Source of the DNA: Thiotrichales bacterium
GTDB taxonomy: Bacteria > Pseudomonadota > Gammaproteobacteria > SZUA-229
Reading direction: 5' to 3'
DNA length: 56,397 nt
Assembly (NCBI GenBank): GCA_020341835.1
Contig: CP070838.1
Coordinates: forward strand, 1,544,487-1,600,883
In this document: piece after piece, positions 40,415 to 48,009 of the stretch
Numbering within the stretch: position 1 is the stretch's first letter
Layout: each line of letters begins with the position of its first letter
Notes under the pieces: model-generated
The model's input: only the letters and a program-made list of their open reading frames with translations
What the model was told of the DNA's origin: nothing
Databases searched by the model: none
Translations under genes and position numbers: made by a program

Positions 40415-42397
40415 CTAGAAAATACCAAAAAGCTTCTTTTCTTCCTTGTGTTTCCGCAGGATATCGACGATCGCGGACTTGTCGCCCAGCTCAGCCAGCG
40501 TAATCGCCTGTTCACGTTTATCATTGCGCAAGTCAATGTCTGCACCCGCATCCAGCAGCACCTTGACGGTTCCCGCGCTGTCGGCCAGCACCGCCAGAAT
40601 CAGCGGCGTATTGCCAACGCCATTTTTTCCGTTTACGTCAGCACCCTTGCTGATCAGCATGCCGACCGTGTCGGCATTGCCCTTGCTTGCAGCGAGCATC
40701 AATGGGGTATTGCCATCTTCGGCTGCCACATCAACCTCGATCCCTTTGGCTATCAACCGCGCCGCCACTGCAGGCTCTTCCCGGGCTGCCGCCTTATGCA
40801 ACAATGAAAATCCGTTTTTGTCGCGCCGGTTTATATAACGGTATTTTTTCAGTAACAGACCAACCAGATCCGCGCTGCCTGACTCAACCGCATACCACAG
40901 TGCATCATGCCCTGATTCATCCTTCAAACCGACTTCTCCGCCGGCGTTCAACAGGCGACCAACGGTTGATAACGGCATGCCGCTCGCCGCCATCATCATT
41001 TCACCCTTGCCGTCTATGAGCTTGTTGGTCGGCCTGGCACCTGCATCCAGCAGCATTTCTACGGTTTTCTCATGACCGCTCTCGATAGCATAAAACAGTG
41101 CGCTGCGTTTCTTGCTATCAACCGCAACGACATCGGCACCTGCATTCAGCAGCGCAACAACGACCTTGTCCTTACCGTTGTCACTGGCCCACATCAATGG
41201 GGATTTACCATTGCGGTCAGGCTTGTTTACATCAGCCCTGGCGGCAATAAGCTGATCCGTTATTTTGTCATGGCCCTGTATTGCCGCACGTGTCAGCGGT
41301 GTATGCCCTTCCCTGTCACGCTGGTTTGGATTTGCACCTTTTTCCAACAGCAAAGCCAGCACGTCGTCCTGACCACGCCATACCGCGATCATCAACGGGC
41401 TCCAGTTCTTGTATACATCTTTGGCACCGGTATTGATTGCCGCCAGTTTCTGCTTTGCCGTCAGCGTTTCCTTGCGCGCCACAGGCAGGCGGGCACCGTA
41501 TTTCTGTAACAGGCTAACGGTGGATTGATGTTTCCCCTTGGCAGCCAGCTCTATTGCATTTTCACCATTACGATTTTTGGTCGAATGTTTTGCCTTGCTT
41601 TTTAACAGCTCGTTGACAGTGTTTTTATGTCCCCTGGCGGATGCCAGCATCAACGCCGTATTACCATTCGCATCAATATTATTGAGACTGGCACCATAAC
41701 CAATCAACTCGCGTACGATCAGGGTTTCACCGAGGGAAGCCGCCAGCATCAACGGCCTGTCCCTGTAGGCATCAACCGCATTGGCATCGGCGCCGTTAGC
41801 CAGCAACAGACTCACCATATCCCCGTTTTTCCGGCTGATCGCCTCCATCAATACCGAACGATTGTACTCATCCCGGGCATTGACGTCAGCGCCCTTTTCC
41901 AGCAGTTTTTTCACCGCGGCCGCATCACCCCTGCTGACTGCTAGCAGTATCGCTTCGTCCGGCTTCATATCAGCAAAATTCAGAGCATCGCCTTTATCAC
42001 CGAGCAGACTCAATCGTTTGGTCGCGTTCCGGTAACCCTGGTCGGCAGCCGCCTTGTACCAGAACACCGCCTTCACCAGGTCTTTCTTGACACCGATACC
42101 TTCTTCATAGAGAACACCCAGGGAATACTGAGCCCGCTTGTACCCTTGCGTGGCGGATTTTTTCATCCAGTACGCTGCCTTTTTGCTGTCCTCACGTGTT
42201 CCCTGGCCATTGCGGTACATGACTGCCAGATGGTACTGCGCTTCCTTGTCCCCGTTTTTCGACAGCGGCTCCAGTATCTTCACCGCTTTGGTAAAGTCCC
42301 TGGCACGAATCGCCATTTTCGCATCTGTAAGCGTTGCGGCCTCAGCGATAAAAGCCAGCAGCAGTAGAATCAGGGGTAATAATCTGTATCGACGCAT
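40415..42397 (-). CDS. Secreted Sel1-repeat + ankyrin-repeat protein (about 15 ANK repeats)
   Basis: Signal peptide MRRYRLLPLILLLLAFIAEAA. Two to three Sel1 repeats (AQYHLAVMYRNGQG.., AQYSLGVLYEEGIG..). These are followed by about 15 units of the G-x-T/S-P/A-L-x-x-A..G-x-x-x-x-V-x-x-LL-x-x-GA-D-x-N type. Confidence 0.9.
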   Translation of the reverse strand: MRRYRLLPLILLLLAFIAEAATLTDAKMAIRARDFTKAVKILEPLSKNGDKEAQYHLAVMYRNGQGTREDSKKAAYWMKKSATQGYKRAQYSLGVLYEEGIGVKKDLVKAVFWYKAAADQGYRNATKRLSLLGDKGDALNFADMKPDEAILLAVSRGDAAAVKKLLEKGADVNARDEYNRSVLMEAISRKNGDMVSLLLANGADANAVDAYRDRPLMLAASLGETLIVRELIGYGASLNNIDANGNTALMLASARGHKNTVNELLKSKAKHSTKNRNGENAIELAAKGKHQSTVSLLQKYGARLPVARKETLTAKQKLAAINTGAKDVYKNWSPLMIAVWRGQDDVLALLLEKGANPNQRDREGHTPLTRAAIQGHDKITDQLIAARADVNKPDRNGKSPLMWASDNGKDKVVVALLNAGADVVAVDSKKRSALFYAIESGHEKTVEMLLDAGARPTNKLIDGKGEMMMAASGMPLSTVGRLLNAGGEVGLKDESGHDALWYAVESGSADLVGLLLKKYRYINRRDKNGFSLLHKAAAREEPAVAARLIAKGIEVDVAAEDGNTPLMLAASKGNADTVGMLISKGADVNGKNGVGNTPLILAVLADSAGTVKVLLDAGADIDLRNDKREQAITLAELGDKSAIVDILRKHKEEKKLFGIF

Positions 42398-43701
42398 TAT
42401 GCGGTTCCGTACTTTGTTTCTACTTCTATACCGATAGACTTGAGAAATGGTGTTGGCAGAATACCGCCGGCACAGACAATGACCGCGTTGTTATCAATCG
42501 TTATATCCTTGTCATTGGCATTGATCGTAACCTTGTCATCGGTAATCTCTTTTACATTTGAGCTCATCAGCACATTCATTCGCCCTGCCTTCTGCGCATT
42601 GGCCACCTTGACCCGGTTTTTCTCCTTGGCCCGGGAAAACGCTTCGCTGCGGTAAGACAGGGTTACGGTTGTACCGGATTCTTCCGCGATACTCACTGCC
42701 GCTTCGAGTGCGCTGTCACCACCGCCAACCACGAGGACATGCTGACCACGGTACTGCTCGGGGTCTATCAGGCGATAGACCACTTTGGTTTTGTTCTCAC
42801 CGGGTACGCCCAGCGTACGCGGCGTTCCACGGCGCCCGATAGCCAGTAACACTGCGCGGGATTTGTAGTTGTTTTGCGTGGTCTTTATCCTGAAACCCTT
42901 TCCATCAGCTTCGATATTCTCCACTCGCTCGTTATCGCTTATCACCAGGCCTGTCGAACTGATGACACCCTCCCAGTATTCCATCAGGGATTCCTTGGTG
43001 GTTTCGCGAAAACGCATCTTGCCCACCAGTGGCAGCTGCACCGGCGCGGTCATTACAATTTTCCCACGCGGATAATGCGATACCGTTCCGCCCACCGTCT
43101 CCTGCTCCAGGGTAGCGAACCTGAGCTTACGCGCCTTGGCTGCCAGCGATGCACCGATACCCGCGGGACCGGCACCGACGATAACAAGATCAAGCTGTTC
43201 TTTGCGCCCGATACCATCGAGTTTGCTGATCGAATCAACGGCCATCACTCCTTGCGTAACAGCGTTCCTGATCAACCCCATGCCCCCCAGTTCACCCGCG
43301 ATAAAGATACCCGGCACATTGGTTTGAAAGTCCTGACCAACGTGCGGAATATCGACGCCACGCTTCTCGGTACCGAACACCAGCTCGATGGCATCAAACG
43401 GACAGGCTTTTTTACAGGCGCCGTGACCTATACAGTGCGTGGGATTAACCAGGTGCGCCTTGCCATGAATCACTCCCAGAACCCCGTGGCCGTGTTCAGG
43501 GCAGGCCTTGACGCAACTCGCGCACCCAAGGCAGCGATTACGGTCAATGACAGGATGCAAGGATGCAGGTTCGGTCAGCCCGGATGCAACGGCTTCTTCC
43601 AGAACCTGTCGACTGGTGCGCTGCTTTTTCGTCCGCTTCCACAGGTAAATGGCGAGTATCAAAAACAGCGGCACGGAATAGAGCCACATCAACTGGGACA
43701 T
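42397..43701 (-). CDS. Membrane-anchored ferredoxin-domain / FAD- and NAD(P)-binding oxidoreductase (thioredoxin-reductase-like fold)
   Basis: N-terminal TM (LYSVPLFLILAIYLW). One canonical CLGCASCVKACP motif and one degenerate CIGHGACKKACP Fe-S motif. GxGxxG sites LVIVGAGPAGIGAS and VLVVGGGDSALEAA. Its TAA stop shares one base with the ATG of the ankyrin gene (TAATG). Confidence 0.85.
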   Translation of the reverse strand: MSQLMWLYSVPLFLILAIYLWKRTKKQRTSRQVLEEAVASGLTEPASLHPVIDRNRCLGCASCVKACPEHGHGVLGVIHGKAHLVNPTHCIGHGACKKACPFDAIELVFGTEKRGVDIPHVGQDFQTNVPGIFIAGELGGMGLIRNAVTQGVMAVDSISKLDGIGRKEQLDLVIVGAGPAGIGASLAAKARKLRFATLEQETVGGTVSHYPRGKIVMTAPVQLPLVGKMRFRETTKESLMEYWEGVISSTGLVISDNERVENIEADGKGFRIKTTQNNYKSRAVLLAIGRRGTPRTLGVPGENKTKVVYRLIDPEQYRGQHVLVVGGGDSALEAAVSIAEESGTTVTLSYRSEAFSRAKEKNRVKVANAQKAGRMNVLMSSNVKEITDDKVTINANDKDITIDNNAVIVCAGGILPTPFLKSIGIEVETKYGTA

Positions 43702-43819
43702 GTCGATAACTCCGCAACAAGCACACTGTCACTCAGGGAAAGTGCATATATGACTGGCATGATGAAATAAACTGCGTTAGAACTGGTGATTCTTTTGTAC
43801 ATGCAATATAGCAGAACTT

Positions 43820-43840
43820 GTGCAAAATTTTCCGACAAAT
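43820..43840. promoter_or_regulatory. Copy 1 of a 21-bp direct repeat in the divergent control region (candidate operator)
   Basis: gtgcaaaattttccgacaaat. 19 of 21 bases are identical to 43959-43979. A third partial copy, aattccgacaaac, lies at 43945-43957. Confidence 0.35.
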
Positions 43841-43958
43841 CAGCTGAATTCCCACGGAAAAACAGGGTAAACTAGAGCCTTCAAATGCGCACAAAAACTC
43901 CCATAAGGTATTGTTTTTAGCTATATCTCCTTGATATTGGAAACAATTCCGACAAACG

Positions 43959-43979
43959 GTGCAAAATTCTCCGACATTT
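43959..43979. promoter_or_regulatory. Copy 2 of the 21-bp direct repeat (candidate operator)
   Basis: gtgcaaaattctccgacattt, 139 bp downstream of copy 1 and about 95 bp upstream of the ATG at 44073. Confidence 0.35.
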
Positions 43980-44072
43980 TTATAGTGCTCTACTAGACTG
44001 AGCTTGGCAGATCGCTATAATTCGCATGGGAATATTTTACCAAAAAAATAACATTTGAAGGTACACCCTGGT

Positions 44073-44996
44073 ATGAGCAACGTAAACACTCTTGAGGGCA
44101 GCCAGGCTACACACCAGTTAAAGGATGACTCCTCCGAACGGTCATCAAACGGGCTAGTCAAGGCAATAAAAAAACCAGTCGCATTGACACACGAGCATCT
44201 GTTCACTATCAGTGTCGTCGCGATTTTGATATATGGCTGGAGCCGCCGGGATGATAACTACATCAGCGCCGAGAACGGTGCCGGATATATCCTGGGGATC
44301 GTCGGCGGCAGCCTGATGCTGCTGCTGATCCTTTATCCGATCAGCAAAAGAACCGAGTTACTCAAGCGGCTGATACCGATGCGCTTCTGGTTCGGCATGC
44401 ACATGCTGTTTGGCATCATTGGTCCGGTAATGATTCTGTTTCATTCTAATTTTCATATTGGCTCGATGAACAGCACTGTTGCACTGCTCAGCATGTTACT
44501 GGTGGCGTTCAGCGGACTGATTGGCCGCTATATCTATACCCGTATTCATCACGGCCTGTACGGCAAACGCATCACCCTGGGGGAACTCAAGCAGGAAGCA
44601 GAAGCACAGCACTCAGAGCTGCTACGCATTTACAGGCTGGACAAAAAGCTGAATCAGCGACAGACCTCGATGGAAACCAGGGCATTACAGAATTATACAG
44701 GCGTGACCAGAACCCTGATCCATGGCCTGTTGTTGTCGATTGATTCACGTCGCCTGCGCTCCAGAACCAGAAAACTGTTAAAGGCAGCCTGCAATCGGGA
44801 CGCGCTGAAAATGACACCCAACAAGGCTGCTGTGATCATGGGATTCGTTGACCGATACTCGGCTGCACTGCACAAGATCGTCGTTTTCCGGATCTACGAA
44901 CGACTGTTTTCGTTCTGGCATGTCCTGCATCTGCCGCTTTTCATCATGATGATTATCACCGCGATCATTCATATTTTTGCGGTACACATGTACTGA
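44073..44996 (+). CDS. His-rich five-TM inner-membrane protein, candidate di-haem-b transmembrane electron carrier
   Basis: The track ORF starts at TTG 44055; the ATG at 44073 is preferred. Two TM helices each carry an H-x13-H pair (GMHMLFGIIGPVMILFH and HLPLFIMMIITAIIH). It is the first gene of the cytochrome operon. Confidence 0.7.
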   Translation: MSNVNTLEGSQATHQLKDDSSERSSNGLVKAIKKPVALTHEHLFTISVVAILIYGWSRRDDNYISAENGAGYILGIVGGSLMLLLILYPISKRTELLKRLIPMRFWFGMHMLFGIIGPVMILFHSNFHIGSMNSTVALLSMLLVAFSGLIGRYIYTRIHHGLYGKRITLGELKQEAEAQHSELLRIYRLDKKLNQRQTSMETRALQNYTGVTRTLIHGLLLSIDSRRLRSRTRKLLKAACNRDALKMTPNKAAVIMGFVDRYSAALHKIVVFRIYERLFSFWHVLHLPLFIMMIITAIIHIFAVHMY

Positions 44997-45021
44997 TCGA
45001 GACCGTGCCTGACCACCTGAC

Positions 45022-46620
45022 ATGCGATCACATTTACATGGCTGTTGCCGGCTCATTCTCACACTCTCGATCATGCTCATTGCACTCGACAGCCATGCAG
45101 ACAACCTGAAGTCCCTGTTGATGCCGGGCCCCGTTATCAAGGCCCATGAAAAATACGAACAGCAATGTGATAAATGCCACGACACATCGGACAAGTCCAG
45201 GCAGGGCCGCTTGTGCATGGATTGCCACGACCATAAAAACATCCTCGAGGATATCAACAAGAAATCAGGCTTTCATGGCCGCCTGCCTGGACCACAGAAA
45301 ACCGACTGCAAACACTGCCATACCGAACACGAAGGCAGAAATGCAAAAGTCATCCTGCTGGACCCTTCAACATTCGACCACTCGAAAACCGATTTCGAGT
45401 TAAAGGGTATACACGCAAAAACCAACTGCAAGGCCTGCCACAAGCCTGAGAAAAAATACCACGAAGCCCCACAGGACTGTTATAGCTGCCACGAGAAGGT
45501 GGATGTACATGAGGGCGAACACGGCAAGAAATGCGGCGACTGCCATTCACCAAAGAGCTGGAAGCAGAACGCGTTTGATCATGACGAAAAAACCGATTTC
45601 CCGTTAAAAGGCGCACACAAGGAGACACTGTGTTCCTCCTGTCATCTGAATCAGAAATTCAAGGACACGAACAAAAACTGCATCGGCTGCCACAAGATCC
45701 AGGACATCCACCAGGGCGGCTACGGCACGAAGTGCGAGCTCTGCCACACATCGGAAAAATGGGACGAGATACATTTTGATCACGGCAAGGAAACCGAATT
45801 CAAACTGCTGGGTAAACACAAGCAGGCCTCATGTAACAGCTGTCATACTGCAGAAACCCTGAAAAAGAACAGGAAAACGAAAAAGAAACTGCCCAGGGAC
45901 TGCTACGGTTGCCACAAGCATGATGACAGCCATAAAGGCAGAAACGGGGAGAAATGCCAGGACTGCCATAATCCGAAATCATGGCAAAAGTACAAATTTG
46001 ACCATGACCGGAAAACCGAGTTTCCACTGCGCGGCAAGCATAAAGATTTGAACTGCTCCTTCTGCCACAAGGGTGACATCGAAAAAGACAAGCCGAAAAA
46101 AGACTGCATCGGCTGTCACAAAAAAGATGATGTCCATCATGGCAAACAGGGCGAGCAGTGCGACAACTGCCATAACGAAAAAGGCTGGCACGACAAGATC
46201 TTTTTCGACCACGACCTGTCAAGTTTTCCACTGATTGGCATGCATGCCGCGATCCAGTGTGAAGAATGTCATCTGACATCCGTCTACAGATCAACCGACA
46301 GCGAATGCAATGACTGCCATGCGGGTGATGATGTACACAAAACACGCCTCGGTACCGACTGCGAAACCTGCCACAACCCGAACTCCTGGGAAAACTGGCT
46401 TTTTGATCATGACCAGGCGACACAGTTTGAAATCGACGGCGCCCACGAGGACCTGGGTTGTTATGACTGCCACAGGACAAAATCAAAGGGAAAACTCAAG
46501 GCATCTCGCGACTGCATTTCATGCCATCGCAGTCAGGATGTCCACAGTCGACAGTTCGGCAGGCAGTGCGGAAATTGTCACAGCACCACAAGCTTTAAAG
46601 ACGTCAACCTAAAACGATGA
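45022..46620 (+). CDS. Periplasmic 21-haem cytochrome c built from seven trihaem c7-like units
   Basis: Signal peptide ..LIALDSHA/DN. I counted exactly 21 CxxCH motifs, arranged as seven repeats of the form FDH..T.F.L.G.H....CxxCH / CxxCH..D.H.G..G / CxxCH....W. Confidence 0.92.
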   Translation: MRSHLHGCCRLILTLSIMLIALDSHADNLKSLLMPGPVIKAHEKYEQQCDKCHDTSDKSRQGRLCMDCHDHKNILEDINKKSGFHGRLPGPQKTDCKHCHTEHEGRNAKVILLDPSTFDHSKTDFELKGIHAKTNCKACHKPEKKYHEAPQDCYSCHEKVDVHEGEHGKKCGDCHSPKSWKQNAFDHDEKTDFPLKGAHKETLCSSCHLNQKFKDTNKNCIGCHKIQDIHQGGYGTKCELCHTSEKWDEIHFDHGKETEFKLLGKHKQASCNSCHTAETLKKNRKTKKKLPRDCYGCHKHDDSHKGRNGEKCQDCHNPKSWQKYKFDHDRKTEFPLRGKHKDLNCSFCHKGDIEKDKPKKDCIGCHKKDDVHHGKQGEQCDNCHNEKGWHDKIFFDHDLSSFPLIGMHAAIQCEECHLTSVYRSTDSECNDCHAGDDVHKTRLGTDCETCHNPNSWENWLFDHDQATQFEIDGAHEDLGCYDCHRTKSKGKLKASRDCISCHRSQDVHSRQFGRQCGNCHSTTSFKDVNLKR

Positions 46621-47927
46621 GCGGTACGCCACTGATGAGCCAGAACACCAGAACAAGAATCATCGGCTTCACGATCACAGCGCTATGCCTGCTGGTAGTG
46701 TCCAGTCTGATCATACTGACCAATTCGGCAAGCTATGCCGCTGACGAGACCAAGGGTTTTGACCATTTCACCACCGGCTTTCCGCTGAACGGCAAGCACC
46801 AGTACATCGACTGCTCCAGCTGCCACATCGGTGGCCAGTTCGCCGGCACGCCGCTGGAATGCGTGTTGTGCCATAACGACAGTCGCGCACCCGGAAAGAA
46901 TCCAGACCATCTTCCCAGCAGCAACATCTGTGATGACTGTCATACAGAAGACAGTTGGCGGGGAGCGCGATATGACCACAGCAGTATCATCGGCCCCTGC
47001 ACGAACTGCCACAACAACGTTGTTGCACTCGGCAAGTCACCGTCGCATATTCTGTCAACAGCACAATGCGAAGACTGTCATAATACAATCACTTTCACCC
47101 GCGTCGGCCGGGTCGACCACGTCTCAGTTATCGGCAGCTGCAGCTCATGTCATAACGGCGTGATATCCATCGGCAAACACCCGGGGCACATACAGACCAC
47201 ATCTGAATGCGATATCTGCCATAACACGATCACATGGCGCGGCGCCGGCTTTGACCATTCCACGGTTACGCAGCCCTGTGCGACCTGCCATAACGGCGTG
47301 ACTTCAACAGGCAAACATCCTGGACACATACAGACCACGCTGGATTGCGAGTTCTGTCACAATACAACGTCATGGCTGAACGCGCGTTTTGATCATGCCG
47401 CAGTGACGCAACCCTGTTCCGCCTGCCACAACGGTGTCACCGCAACCGGCAAACCGGCGAACCATTTGCCAACCACAGGTGAATGCAACAGCTGTCACTT
47501 TACCAACTCCTGGACCAACATCAGCTTCGATCACTCGACCGTGACCGGTCTGTGTTTGAGCTGCCACAACGGCTCGATCTCGACCGGCAAATCGACAACG
47601 CATTTTGTCACGACACTGGATTGTGACCGCTGCCACAGTACAGCAACCTGGATCCCATTGATCCTGTTCAGGCACGACTCACCTGACTATCCGGGCGACC
47701 ACCGCACGACGGTACTTTGTGTGGACTGCCACCGTACGAACAACCAGGTGATCGCATGGCCGTTCCCGGCCTATCAGCCTGACTGCGCCGGTTGTCATGC
47801 CGACGATTATCTACCGGCACCTCATGACAACCAGACGGTCGATGTGCTGCGCGATTGCGCCGGCAGCTGCCACATCGGCGGAGTCACCCGTAGCGCCGAG
47901 CATCGTACCAGCGCCGCCGGCTGGTAA
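46617..47927 (+). CDS. Multihaem cytochrome c with 15 CxxCH plus one CxxxCH (CAGSCH), built from about 46-aa dihaem tandem repeats
   Basis: ATGA overlap with the upstream gene. Signal peptide ending SASYA/AD. Motifs counted by eye. Six units of the form CxxCHNGxxxxGKxxxHxxTxxxCxxCHxxxxWxxxxFDHxxVxxx span aa 82-360. Confidence 0.9.
   Translation: MSGTPLMSQNTRTRIIGFTITALCLLVVSSLIILTNSASYAADETKGFDHFTTGFPLNGKHQYIDCSSCHIGGQFAGTPLECVLCHNDSRAPGKNPDHLPSSNICDDCHTEDSWRGARYDHSSIIGPCTNCHNNVVALGKSPSHILSTAQCEDCHNTITFTRVGRVDHVSVIGSCSSCHNGVISIGKHPGHIQTTSECDICHNTITWRGAGFDHSTVTQPCATCHNGVTSTGKHPGHIQTTLDCEFCHNTTSWLNARFDHAAVTQPCSACHNGVTATGKPANHLPTTGECNSCHFTNSWTNISFDHSTVTGLCLSCHNGSISTGKSTTHFVTTLDCDRCHSTATWIPLILFRHDSPDYPGDHRTTVLCVDCHRTNNQVIAWPFPAYQPDCAGCHADDYLPAPHDNQTVDVLRDCAGSCHIGGVTRSAEHRTSAAGW
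46860..47696 (+). repeat. Six in-frame tandem coding repeats (period about 138 nt) inside the 15/16-haem cytochrome gene
   Basis: Units 3 and 4 are about two-thirds identical at protein level by eye (CSSCHNGVISIGKHPGHIQTTSECDICHNT.. versus CATCHNGVTSTGKHPGHIQTTLDCEFCHNT..). Confidence 0.8.
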
Positions 47928-48009
47928 ACGATGTAACACAACGAGCATGAGAAGCAGGAACCGACTGACCTGAGTTAAGCATCTGAGCCAATAATAAGAA
48001 TAACTAACA

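Noticed and set aside
42874-43770. 298-aa + strand ORF opposite the FeS-flavoprotein gene. A similar 228-aa - strand ORF (45800-46486) lies opposite the 21-haem cytochrome.
   Set aside because: The sense-strand genes have dense, unmistakable motifs (GxGxxG, CxxCH x21). The antisense translations are low-complexity.
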